From positions 39,781 to 103,780 of the forward strand of contig CANGNV010000001.1 in the NCBI GenBank assembly GCA_947455485.1: DNA of 64,000 nt, read 5' to 3'. The position numbers and the translations under genes were made by a program. The notes beneath the pieces were generated by a model, which saw only the letters and a list, made by a program, of their open reading frames with translations, ran no database searches and was not told where the DNA came from. Positions 21,801-30,484 of the stretch are shown in pieces. The stretch is from Burkholderiaceae bacterium (GTDB lineage: Bacteria; Pseudomonadota; Gammaproteobacteria; Burkholderiales; Burkholderiaceae). Position 1 is the stretch's first letter. Every line of letters begins with the position of its first letter.

Positions 21801-24065
21801 ATGGAAGCGCTTCCCTCAAATTCATCTCTTGAGTTGCATCAACTCAGGGAGAAATTGGACAGCCGCTTTCCGCAAGTAGATGATGTCTTTGAGGAGTGCA
21901 TTAAGGAAGCTAAAGCAGTACTAAGTCCCTTGGGAATAGAGCAGTATATTGAGCAAGCCCGTTTTCTTGGGAAGATGGGTAGAGGCGTTGAGCCGATGAT
22001 AATTTTCTTACAAGAGTGGCCCCAAGCAGCGAACATCCTGGGCGAAAAGTCTCTTGAGTGCATCAAAGAAACTATCCACGCAATTTGGAAATCTCCAAAT
22101 GGCAGTGCAATTACTGCATTTTTAGAGTCTCTACCTGCAATATCGAGGCGACTGCCTTCAGAAGATCTTCTAAAGGAATATCTTGCAGTAACAGTTGATC
22201 TTATGAACCGCACCAGCACATCTATACATGGGATACATAAAACCTATGCAAGCCCCAGCTTGGTAGACTTTATTCAACACTCACATCAGTTGTTAGGCGT
22301 GATGAGTATTTCTGGATTAAAAAACTGGGTTGAGTATGGTATCCGTAACTACCACCACCATCCAGATAATCAAAGGGCATTTTTTCAACTCAAATCTTCT
22401 GATAGCAAAGCAGTGATGCAGCGCGAGCGAAGCGGAACCTTGCTTGTGGATAACACCCGCAAACTTGATCTCTATCTATTGGGCCTTTGGAATGAAACAG
22501 AATTGTTGGTACCCTATCCAACAGGAATCAACGGATCCCTCATACATGCGCCCTATTATGACCATACAGGCATTCGGCTACCTGACGTATACGAAGATTT
22601 AAACGAAATCCCAGGAATTGATCGCTATCGGGCAACGCTAGCGCATATGGCGGGGCATCGCACCTGGAGCAACCCCATTTTTGCCGATAACTTCAGCCCT
22701 CTTCAAAGACTAGCAGTTGAGTTTATTGAGGATGCACGAATTGATTTTCTGATCATTAAGCAATATCCAGGATTAGAAAATTTATTACTATCCCTACACC
22801 CCAAACCAATTGAAGGTGAATGTGACCCACAATCGCACTCCTGCATTCGTCATCGCTTAGCAATGCTTTCGCGAGCAATTATTGATATAAACCACGGCTA
22901 CCAAGATGCTGACATACGGCACTACTCAGAAAAAATTCGAACATTATTGGCAAAAGAGGATTTGAGCACTCAAGAAGTTCTTAATATCGCCCTTTCTTAT
23001 GTAGCAAAAACCAGATTGCAAAGTGATCAGCTGCCTCAGACTTACTTTAAAGATACTGAAATTAGCTATCGGGACGATAACCGACATCTGTGGAAATTTT
23101 ATGAACTGAGTGATGATGAGGAACAATTTGACTTAAAACCTGCCACGGACTCGGCAGAAGAAATTCAAACACTACCGCCAAGACACTACCCTGAATGGGA
23201 TTACGCCAGTCAAACTTACAGGCCTGATTGGGTCAGTCTATATGAAGGATTGCACCCTGCGGGCGATCCACGTGAGATTGACCAAATTCTCGAGAAACAT
23301 TCAGTCTTAGCGAAACGACTTAAGCGTCTTTTTGATTTATTAAAACCACAGAATCAAGTTCGCATTCGTTATCAAGAAGAAGGTGATGAATTGGATTTAG
23401 ATGTTGCTCTGCGATCATTAATTGATCTAAAGAGCGGCAATCAACCTGACTTACGCATCAATATGAGCCATAAAACAAATGGACGAAGTATTGCCGTTAT
23501 GCTCTTGCTGGACTTATCAGAATCTTTAAATGCGAAGATTGAATCTTCCAATCAATCCATATTAGAACTGAGCCAGGAAGCAGTCGCCCTCTTTGCTAGC
23601 TCCATCGATACATTAGGCGATCCATTTGCTATCGCCGGATTTCACTCTAATTCACGACATGATGTCAACTACCTCCACATCAAAGGCTATAGTGAATCCT
23701 GGAATGAGGATGTAAAAGGAAGGCTAGCTAACTTAAACGCCAAGCACTCTACTCGCATGGGTGCGGCTATGAGACATGCGGCGCACTATCTTAATGGTCA
23801 ATCAGCAGATAAAAAATTGATGATTGTGCTAACTGATGGAGAGCCGTCGGATATAGATGTCAGTGATGAGAATGTACTAATTCAAGATGCACGGCAAGCA
23901 GTTATTGAGCTAGATCACATGGGTATATTCACTTACTGCATAAACTTAGACAAGAATGCCGATCAATATGTAGGAAATATTTTCGGCAAGCAATTTACAG
24001 TGATTGATCGTATTGAAAAACTACCTGAGCAATTGCCACGATTGTTTATGGCGCTTACTCATTAA
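21801..24065 (+). CDS. cbbO: vWA-domain RubisCO activation adaptor CbbO
   Basis: HYPEWDY, MIDAS DLSES, STRMGAAMRH and LTDGEP motifs; follows cbbQ. Confidence 0.94.
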   Translation: MEALPSNSSLELHQLREKLDSRFPQVDDVFEECIKEAKAVLSPLGIEQYIEQARFLGKMGRGVEPMIIFLQEWPQAANILGEKSLECIKETIHAIWKSPNGSAITAFLESLPAISRRLPSEDLLKEYLAVTVDLMNRTSTSIHGIHKTYASPSLVDFIQHSHQLLGVMSISGLKNWVEYGIRNYHHHPDNQRAFFQLKSSDSKAVMQRERSGTLLVDNTRKLDLYLLGLWNETELLVPYPTGINGSLIHAPYYDHTGIRLPDVYEDLNEIPGIDRYRATLAHMAGHRTWSNPIFADNFSPLQRLAVEFIEDARIDFLIIKQYPGLENLLLSLHPKPIEGECDPQSHSCIRHRLAMLSRAIIDINHGYQDADIRHYSEKIRTLLAKEDLSTQEVLNIALSYVAKTRLQSDQLPQTYFKDTEISYRDDNRHLWKFYELSDDEEQFDLKPATDSAEEIQTLPPRHYPEWDYASQTYRPDWVSLYEGLHPAGDPREIDQILEKHSVLAKRLKRLFDLLKPQNQVRIRYQEEGDELDLDVALRSLIDLKSGNQPDLRINMSHKTNGRSIAVMLLLDLSESLNAKIESSNQSILELSQEAVALFASSIDTLGDPFAIAGFHSNSRHDVNYLHIKGYSESWNEDVKGRLANLNAKHSTRMGAAMRHAAHYLNGQSADKKLMIVLTDGEPSDIDVSDENVLIQDARQAVIELDHMGIFTYCINLDKNADQYVGNIFGKQFTVIDRIEKLPEQLPRLFMALTH

Positions 24066-24086
24066 ATTAGCACGGAGAATATTTTT

Positions 24087-25373
24087 ATGGCACATATAGC
24101 AATTATTGGAGCTGGCGTGGGGGGCATGCCAGCAGCATATGAACTAAGATCGCTTCTTTCTAAAGAACATCGCATCACAGTAGTCAGTGCTGTTGACTAT
24201 TTTCAATTCACCCCCTCCAATCCTTGGGTTGCTGTCGGGTGGCGAGATCGAGATAGTATTACTTTAAAAATTAAACCTTTGCTTGAACGCAAAGGTATTG
24301 AATTTATTTCTAAGCCCGTCTCAAAAATTGAAGCTGAGAACAATATCTTGATATTGTCTGGCGGAACGCCAGAGGAGCAAGCTCTACCCTATGACTATCT
24401 AATCATCACAACTGGGCCCAAACTGAGCTTCGATGAAGTTCCGGGGGCTGGGCCTCATGGTGGCCATACCCACTCGATTTGCACGGTTGATCATGCCGAG
24501 AGTTTTTGGAAAGACTACCAAGAATTTCTCAAAAATCCGGGGCCAATAGTAATTGGTGCCATGCCAGGAGCCAGCTGCTTTGGGCCTGCTTATGAATTTG
24601 CATTTATTGTTGATGCAGATTTACGTAAGCGTAAGTTACGTCACAAGGTGCCTATGACCTATGTCACTAGCGAACCCTATATTGGTCACCTCGGTCTTGG
24701 CGGTGTTGGCGATAGCAAGTCTATGCTCGAATCCGAAATGCGCAACCATGATATCAAGTGGATTACCAACGCTAAAACACATAAGATTGAAGAAGGCAAG
24801 CTGTTTGCAACTCAATTAGATGATTTGGGCACACCTTATAAAGAGCATGAGCTTCCGTTCAAATTATCAATGATGTTGCCAGCATTTAAAGGAATAGATG
24901 CGGTGGCTGCAGTACCCAATTTATGCAACCCTCGCGGATTTGTTTTTATTGACGATCATCAAAGAAGTAAGGCCTATCAAAATATCTATGCAGCTGGAGT
25001 ATGCGTTGCTATTCCGCCTGTAGAGGTCACGCCCGTAGCTACAGGGGCTCCAAAAACTGGTTACATGATTGAAACGATGGTTACTGCTATTACCCATAAT
25101 ATTGCCTCCGATATCGCAGGAGAACCAGCTAACGCAAAAGGCACTTGGCATGCAATTTGTTTGGCGGATATGGGTGATACAGGCGCAGCATTTGTAGCAT
25201 TACCTCAAATTCCACCGCGTAATGTGAACTGGTTCAAAAAGGGGAAATGGGTTCATTTGGCCAAGATTGCCTTTGAGAAATACTTTATTCGGAAAATGAA
25301 AACTGGTAACTCGGAGCCCATTTATGAGAAGTATGTATTGAAATTATTGGGCATTGAGCGCCTAAGCAAATAA
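24087..25373 (+). CDS. sqr: Sulfide:quinone oxidoreductase, type I (SqrA-like)
   Basis: GAGVGG, FTPSNPW, HSICT, SCFGPAYE, PKTGYMIE, AICLADMG and HLAKIAFEKYF; the three conserved Cys are present. Confidence 0.92.
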   Translation: MAHIAIIGAGVGGMPAAYELRSLLSKEHRITVVSAVDYFQFTPSNPWVAVGWRDRDSITLKIKPLLERKGIEFISKPVSKIEAENNILILSGGTPEEQALPYDYLIITTGPKLSFDEVPGAGPHGGHTHSICTVDHAESFWKDYQEFLKNPGPIVIGAMPGASCFGPAYEFAFIVDADLRKRKLRHKVPMTYVTSEPYIGHLGLGGVGDSKSMLESEMRNHDIKWITNAKTHKIEEGKLFATQLDDLGTPYKEHELPFKLSMMLPAFKGIDAVAAVPNLCNPRGFVFIDDHQRSKAYQNIYAAGVCVAIPPVEVTPVATGAPKTGYMIETMVTAITHNIASDIAGEPANAKGTWHAICLADMGDTGAAFVALPQIPPRNVNWFKKGKWVHLAKIAFEKYFIRKMKTGNSEPIYEKYVLKLLGIERLSK

Positions 25374-25383
25374 TGGTGATTCC

Positions 25384-26034
25384 ATGCTAGCAACAGAAAT
25401 ATTGAAAAATAAATCAGTCGTTTATGTGATCGATAATGATCAGGCTATTCGCGAATCATTCTCCCTTTTATTAGGTGAAAATGGCTATGCAGTAAGTTGC
25501 CATGAAAATGCAGAATCGTTCTTAAATTCTCTAGGTACAACTAAGCTACTCTCTCTCAGCTGCGCCCTTTTAGACGTCAATCTAAGCAATTTATCGGGCA
25601 TTGATTTACAAAGGATGCTAATTGATAAAGGCATCAACCTTCCGCTTGCCTTTGTTACAGGCAGCAGTGAAGTTGCAACAGCAGTAGAAGCCCTAAAACA
25701 AGGTGCATTTGACTATATTCAAAAGCCGATTCAGAAAGATATCTTATGCAACCTAGTTGCTGAGATGCTTTCAAAAGCCCATTTGGATAGGCAAAAATTC
25801 GTAGAGGCCAATGCTATAAAGGCATTATTTAAAACTCTCACATCACGAGAAATGCAAATTTTAGAGCTTGTTGTTGCAGGTAGAAGCAATAAACAAATTG
25901 GCTTAGAACTAAAAATATCAATTAAAACAGTGGAGCAACATAGATCTAATATTATGGAAAAATTACAAGTAAAAAGACCTCCTGGACTATTGCATTTAGT
26001 ATTCAAATACCAAAAATCACTACCCCATAACTAA
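25384..26034 (+). CDS. FixJ/LuxR-family response regulator (orphan)
   Basis: Receiver domain (IDND, LLDV, VTG, KP) plus LuxR HTH (LTSRE...GRSNKQI...TVEQHR). Confidence 0.88.
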   Translation: MLATEILKNKSVVYVIDNDQAIRESFSLLLGENGYAVSCHENAESFLNSLGTTKLLSLSCALLDVNLSNLSGIDLQRMLIDKGINLPLAFVTGSSEVATAVEALKQGAFDYIQKPIQKDILCNLVAEMLSKAHLDRQKFVEANAIKALFKTLTSREMQILELVVAGRSNKQIGLELKISIKTVEQHRSNIMEKLQVKRPPGLLHLVFKYQKSLPHN

Positions 26035-26249
26035 ACCGCTAACATTGCTTGCAATCCACATTAATATTGGTGTAACCGAGTAACCAGGTCGACCATCAAA
26101 ACACGGCCAAAATTAATACTCAGAATTCTGATGTCCGGCCTACAGACTCGAACTATGCGTCAATATGCAATCGCACACTTAATCGCATAGTTACTTTTTT
26201 GCCGTATAGACCATTGATTTATATGGGTTTTTGAAGGGCCACGACTTCA

Positions 26250-26325
26250 TTAATCCGTTGGTCGCGAGTTCGAATCTCGCCCGACCCACCAGTAATACCA
26301 AAAGCCACCTTCGGGTGGCTTTTTC
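26250..26325 (+). repeat. Right att-like direct repeat (duplicated tRNA-Lys 3' half + terminator)
   Basis: 76 bp identical to 5942-6017; the tRNA 5' half is absent. Confidence 0.95.
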
Positions 26326-26333
26326 ATCTCAAT

Positions 26334-26350
26334 ATAGTTGCATAGCTAAC
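26334..26350. promoter_or_regulatory. Putative MarR operator, copy 1 (overlaps -35 TTGCAT)
   Basis: ATAGTTGCATAGCTAAC is repeated exactly at 26812-26828. Confidence 0.7.
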
Positions 26351-26372
26351 CAATATGAATTACACTGTGCCC

Positions 26373-26789
26373 ATGTTTGAACAATGCCTCTATTTCAACA
26401 CCACCAGCCTAGCTCGCCAGCTAGAGCGGGAATGGACTAGTGCATTTAAGCTATTTGGGCTTACTCCCTCCCAAGCCTTCATGCTTAGAGTGGTTTTAGA
26501 TAAGGCTCCACTATTACAAAGTGAGCTGGCTTTGGAGATGAATATCAGCCGCCCTACCACCACTAGAGGTTTAGATGGTTTAGAGCGCCTGGGGTTGATT
26601 AAGCGGGTTGCTTCCGAAAAAGATGGCCGGGAGCAAGAGATTCATCCCACCAAGAAAGCTGTGGAGTTGAAAGATGCGATCAATGCTGCTAGTGGCACCG
26701 TTACCAAGCGCTTGAAGAAAACCTTAGGAACTGGGCATTTTGAAGAAGTTGTAGGGCAACTCAGAGGAATTAGCTCAGCCCTAAAGTAA
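26373..26789 (+). CDS. MarR-family transcriptional regulator
   Basis: wHTH (GLTPSQ, ISRPTTTR..DGLE..GLIKR, DGR). Start set at the second ATG (26373); the ORF track starts at 26355. Confidence 0.88.
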   Translation: MFEQCLYFNTTSLARQLEREWTSAFKLFGLTPSQAFMLRVVLDKAPLLQSELALEMNISRPTTTRGLDGLERLGLIKRVASEKDGREQEIHPTKKAVELKDAINAASGTVTKRLKKTLGTGHFEEVVGQLRGISSALK

Positions 26790-26811
26790 TCGGAACTTTT
26801 TTATTTTTCAA

Positions 26812-26828
26812 ATAGTTGCATAGCTAAC
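26812..26828. promoter_or_regulatory. Putative MarR operator, copy 2
   Basis: Exact 17-bp repeat of 26334-26350, upstream of the tautomerase gene. Confidence 0.7.
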
Positions 26829-26873
26829 TTATTTGTTATTTTGTGCTTTATTTAATCACCAAAGGAGAATTAC

Positions 26874-27263
26874 ATGCCAATCTTGAACGTGAAAGTCAGC
26901 GGACAAAAGAATATTGCTACGACTAAAGCCATTAATGAACTACTGCTAGACCTTACCCATCGCATTCTGGGCAAGAAAAAGGAAGTTACCGCCATTGCCA
27001 TCGAATACGTAGATACAGACTGCTGGTTTGTGGGTGGCAAGCTATTAAGCGAGCAAGGGAAGAATAGTTTTTACTTTGACATCAAGATTACCGATGAGAC
27101 CAATACAAAAGATGAGAAGGCTCAGTACATCAAGGAAGCATTTGAGGGTTTTGAAGGCATCCTAGGCAATCTCCATGAAGAGAGCTATATCTACGTACAA
27201 GATGTCAGGGCTGCTAGCTATGGATATGGTGGAAAGACTCAGGAATATCGCTATCACCAATAA
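26874..27263 (+). CDS. Tautomerase superfamily protein (4-oxalocrotonate tautomerase-like, double beta-alpha-beta)
   Basis: N-terminal Met-Pro (catalytic Pro1), WFVGG and YGYGG ends of two repeats; AAGGAG RBS. Confidence 0.85.
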   Translation: MPILNVKVSGQKNIATTKAINELLLDLTHRILGKKKEVTAIAIEYVDTDCWFVGGKLLSEQGKNSFYFDIKITDETNTKDEKAQYIKEAFEGFEGILGNLHEESYIYVQDVRAASYGYGGKTQEYRYHQ

Positions 27264-27291
27264 GCATCAGGAGATTTGATGCTTATTGGTG
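27255..27291. terminator. 15-bp perfect hairpin at the end of the tautomerase gene
   Basis: CACCAATAAGCATCA-GGAGATT-TGATGCTTATTGGTG; no clear U tract. Confidence 0.5.
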
Positions 27292-27347
27292 GAGTTAACC
27301 GCGATGCTAATATGGAGCCTTGCGCAAACCAATCCTAGCAGGACCTT

Positions 27348-28301
27348 ATGATGCCTATTAAGAACACCCCAAACTTTCCAAAGCTAACTTTGCTACGTGG
27401 CCTTTATTTAACGCTTGGCATCCTATTCATTTCCCTGAGTCTAAGCGTTCCAGCGCAGGCCCAAGAAAAGCCTGACGTTAAGTATGCTCAGGTTGGAGAT
27501 GTCAAATTAGCCTACTACCTCAAAGGCAAAGGCGATCCCATGATCCTCATCATGGGCTATGCAGCCACTATGAGCGCCTGGGACCCAGCTCTTCTTGGTG
27601 AGCTAGCAAAGAATAACCAACTCATCATTTTTGATAATCGTGGAGCTGGACTCTCTACTGACACCAAAGAAAATCACACAACTATTCCCCAGATGGCCGA
27701 TGATGCTGCAGGTTTAGTCAAGGCACTGGGCTTCAAAAAGGTAAATATATTCTCTTGGTCAATGGGGGCTCGAATTGGACAGCAGCTTGTTATCAGGCAC
27801 CCAGAACTAATCAATAAGGTAATCCTATGCGCTCCAAATCCAGGTGGAAAATATCAAATTGCGATTGATAAAAAAGTTGGGGAGGAGTTGAATAACCCAA
27901 GCCTTTCCCCGATGGAAAATTTCGAGTTGCTTTTCCCAATTACGCCCGAGGGCAAGGCGGCCGCTAAGGTTGTATACGAAAGATTTATGGCAGCAAAAGC
28001 CGCAGGAACCATACCTGATGATTTTGTTATCTCCAAAGAAGCTAAGGAACGCCAGGTTCGCGCCCGCATTACCCTTTGGAATGCTGATAATCAGAATTAC
28101 AAGGACTTAAAGAATATTAAAGTCCCTGTTCTTGTTGCCGATGGTCGCGAGGATATCATCGACAATCCAAAAAACTCAGTCGTTATTGCCAATCAAATTC
28201 CTTTTGCTTGGTTAGCTTTTTATGAGGGTGGACATGCATTCTTATTCCAAAGCTATAAGAAACTTTCCGAAACCGTGAACGTATTTCTACAAAAAGATTG
28301 A
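27348..28301 (+). CDS. Exported alpha/beta-fold hydrolase
   Basis: Signal-peptide-like N-terminus; FDNRGAG, nucleophile elbow SWSMG, GRED and GGHAF motifs. Confidence 0.85.
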   Translation: MMPIKNTPNFPKLTLLRGLYLTLGILFISLSLSVPAQAQEKPDVKYAQVGDVKLAYYLKGKGDPMILIMGYAATMSAWDPALLGELAKNNQLIIFDNRGAGLSTDTKENHTTIPQMADDAAGLVKALGFKKVNIFSWSMGARIGQQLVIRHPELINKVILCAPNPGGKYQIAIDKKVGEELNNPSLSPMENFELLFPITPEGKAAAKVVYERFMAAKAAGTIPDDFVISKEAKERQVRARITLWNADNQNYKDLKNIKVPVLVADGREDIIDNPKNSVVIANQIPFAWLAFYEGGHAFLFQSYKKLSETVNVFLQKD

Positions 28302-28325
28302 TTGGATTGATCCGACTGAATACTA

Positions 28326-28392
28326 GCCGCAAGCTCGATCCTCAACCGTCCCACGCTAATACAAAAGCCACCTTCGGGTGGCTTTTTCTTTT
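28326..28392 (+). repeat. Degenerate third copy of the tRNA-Lys 3' end + terminator
   Basis: GCCGCAAGCTCGATCCTCAACCGTCCCAC aligns with tRNA GTCGCGAGTTCGAATCTCGCCCGACCCAC, followed by TAATAC-AAAAGCCACCTTCGGGTGGCTTTTTCTTTT. Confidence 0.8.
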
Positions 28393-28469
28393 GACCCAAG
28401 ATCGCTTTGGGTATAAAGGAAAAATTAGGGTAATGTATGCCTAAGATGAAATACATTACCTGGGTAAAC

Positions 28470-28922
28470 ATGTCCTATAAAAAATTACTGAGCACTAGCT
28501 TGCTCGCCCTCGTCGCTGGATGCCAAAGTGCGCCCGTAATAGTTCCTGCGATAAAGAATCCCGGAGGAGATGTTAGCCTCATTTTTACCCGTGAAAATAA
28601 GATATTAGCCAGCCGAGAAAATGCAAGGGTGTATGTAGACAGCACTGAAGTATGTGCCATTCCGAATGGCGATAGTTGCCAGATCAATATCCAGCCAGGC
28701 ACTCATGCCCTGAAAGTAGACAATCCTTGGTCTTATTCTTATGGGATGTTTTCTAAGAGCTATGAATTTTCAAGCGGTAAAACCTATCGATTCATTATTT
28801 CACCAAACAACCCAGACTTGATTGTCAATATGGTTGGCACTGGAAGCATTATTTATAACGAAGCCAATAGGACAGCCACAAGTAGCGACAATGGTGACTT
28901 CACCATGAAACTATCCGACTAA
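28470..28922 (+). CDS. Putative lipoprotein (DUF2846-like)
   Basis: Lipobox LVAGC after MSYKK; VYVD...IQPGTH segment. Confidence 0.65.
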   Translation: MSYKKLLSTSLLALVAGCQSAPVIVPAIKNPGGDVSLIFTRENKILASRENARVYVDSTEVCAIPNGDSCQINIQPGTHALKVDNPWSYSYGMFSKSYEFSSGKTYRFIISPNNPDLIVNMVGTGSIIYNEANRTATSSDNGDFTMKLSD

Positions 28923-29058
28923 CTATAAGCTGCAGCAACCCTTCATGACAATTTATCGGTTTATTAATTGCAATTAAGGATTTTAAAAAGACGCCATCTT
29001 TCCTATACACTGATTCGGTAGTTTCATACATAAGCTGTCTTATTTAAAAGAGTGCAAA

Positions 29059-29826
29059 TTGCAAAACTTAATTTTTCAAAGTGACGCCACCCTGATCCTC
29101 GCCCTGTTGATCGGCTTCACAAGTCTTTCCACTCTGATTACTTGGCTTGTCATCCATCCAAAGAATAAACACTTCATTGAACAATATGAAGGGATTGTTG
29201 CCCCCTTCTTTAGCCTTCCTGCCGTACTGTTTTCACTAACCGCAGCCCTACTCGCAACATCTATCTGGGACAACTACAGCATCGCCACTAAGGCTATCAA
29301 AAATGAGAGCCAGGGCATTCTCAATATTATTAGTCTTGCTAATTCGATTCCAATTCCAAAAGAAATTGATCTTTCTGGTGCCGCTAAGACATATACGCAA
29401 TCGATCATTAATGACGAGTGGAAAACATTATCAAAAAATAGATCAATATCGCCAGAGGCTGATGAAAAATTTATCGCCATGAGAGCAGCCACATTTAAAG
29501 CTGCAAATGCACTTCCTGATAAGGCCGAATCTAAAGCGCTATTAAGCGCATTCAATTTAGTTAACAACGCCCGAGAAACGCGACTAGCCTACGCCACTAT
29601 CGATGTCCATCCTATTCGTTGGTATGCATTACTCTTTTTAGGTGTTTTGGTCTTGATTACCGTTGCCTTTACCCACTCATCCAAGCCCAAGGCTTTGATG
29701 CTAGCCATGCTCATCTCAACTCTCACCATCACCACTCCGCTTTGCATCATCTCCTTGACCTTTAGTAATCCCTATCAAGGCTTGATTTCCATCTCTAATG
29801 CGCCTTATTTGCAGATTACCAAGTAA
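29059..29826 (+). CDS. Membrane protein, DUF4239/bestrophin-like
   Basis: 2+2 TM layout; Y..SII.DEW, RETR and NPYQG motifs; TTG start. Confidence 0.65.
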   Translation: MQNLIFQSDATLILALLIGFTSLSTLITWLVIHPKNKHFIEQYEGIVAPFFSLPAVLFSLTAALLATSIWDNYSIATKAIKNESQGILNIISLANSIPIPKEIDLSGAAKTYTQSIINDEWKTLSKNRSISPEADEKFIAMRAATFKAANALPDKAESKALLSAFNLVNNARETRLAYATIDVHPIRWYALLFLGVLVLITVAFTHSSKPKALMLAMLISTLTITTPLCIISLTFSNPYQGLISISNAPYLQITK

Positions 29827-29869
29827 GCTGAAAATGGTGATTGAGAAAAGTCATTCTCGCCCACCAACA

Positions 29870-30478
29870 TTAATCAAGCCAGGTTGGGTGTTTATCCATC
29901 GCGGAGTTAAATAGGTCTGACTCAAGATGTTGATTTAGCCATGTTTTGACTGAGGGCAATGGCAAGCCTTCAAACCGCTGCGGATTCACTCCGGCAAACT
30001 GTCTGATAAATGGAAAAATGGCTACATCCACCAAAGACTTCTTGTTGCCCATTAAATACTTGCTAGATTGGAGAGCAATCTCCATCGGTTTAAGCATGAG
30101 CTCTATAGCATTATTGAGAACATCCTCTTGGTTCAGATCCGGGAATCTATTTGGATACTTATACCGGTCTAGCAGCACCTTAAATGGGCCATCATTTTTC
30201 TCAACCCATGTTTGAGAGACTTCTTTATCAACTTCGCCCCAGCCATCAGGGTCGGATTTCTCTAAAGCCCAGCGCATGATATCCAAGCTCTGGTCTAAGA
30301 TCAGCCCATCAATACATAGAACTGGCACAGTTCCTTTGGGCGATACCAGCAGCATAGATTTCGGCTTATCTCTTAATGTAATCTCTCTGTGCTCAACCTG
30401 AATTCCGGCATACTTTAATGCCATGCGCGCCCGCATTGCATAAGGGCATCTTCGGTATGAGTACAAAATTGGCATCAT
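29870..30478 (-). CDS. Glutathione S-transferase family protein
   Basis: YSYRRCPYAMRAR, SPKGTVPVL and D.AIFPFIRQF motifs. Confidence 0.9.
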   Translation of the reverse strand: MMPILYSYRRCPYAMRARMALKYAGIQVEHREITLRDKPKSMLLVSPKGTVPVLCIDGLILDQSLDIMRWALEKSDPDGWGEVDKEVSQTWVEKNDGPFKVLLDRYKYPNRFPDLNQEDVLNNAIELMLKPMEIALQSSKYLMGNKKSLVDVAIFPFIRQFAGVNPQRFEGLPLPSVKTWLNQHLESDLFNSAMDKHPTWLD

Positions 30479-30484
30479 TGATAA

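Larger units (their letters stand above)
5942..26325. mobile_element. Genomic island at tRNA-Lys carrying cbb genes and sqr; no integrase
   Basis: Flanked by an identical 76-bp direct repeat of the tRNA 3' half plus terminator; cargo is a compact metabolic module. Confidence 0.88.

Noticed and set aside
20990-24065. norQ/norD or nirQ denitrification genes
   Set aside because: Same families, but they directly follow cbbM and no nor or nir genes are present.
6018-26249. Lower GC content of the island as evidence of transfer
   Set aside because: Parts look more AT-rich by eye, but I could not compute it; it needs a sliding-window GC and codon-usage analysis.
26250-26291. Second tRNA-Lys gene
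   Set aside because: Only the 3' half is present; there is no D arm or acceptor 5' strand, so it is an att duplication.
29835-29866. TCTCGCCCACCA resembling a fourth tRNA 3' remnant
   Set aside because: The match is short, needs a gap, and is explained by a hairpin between convergent genes.
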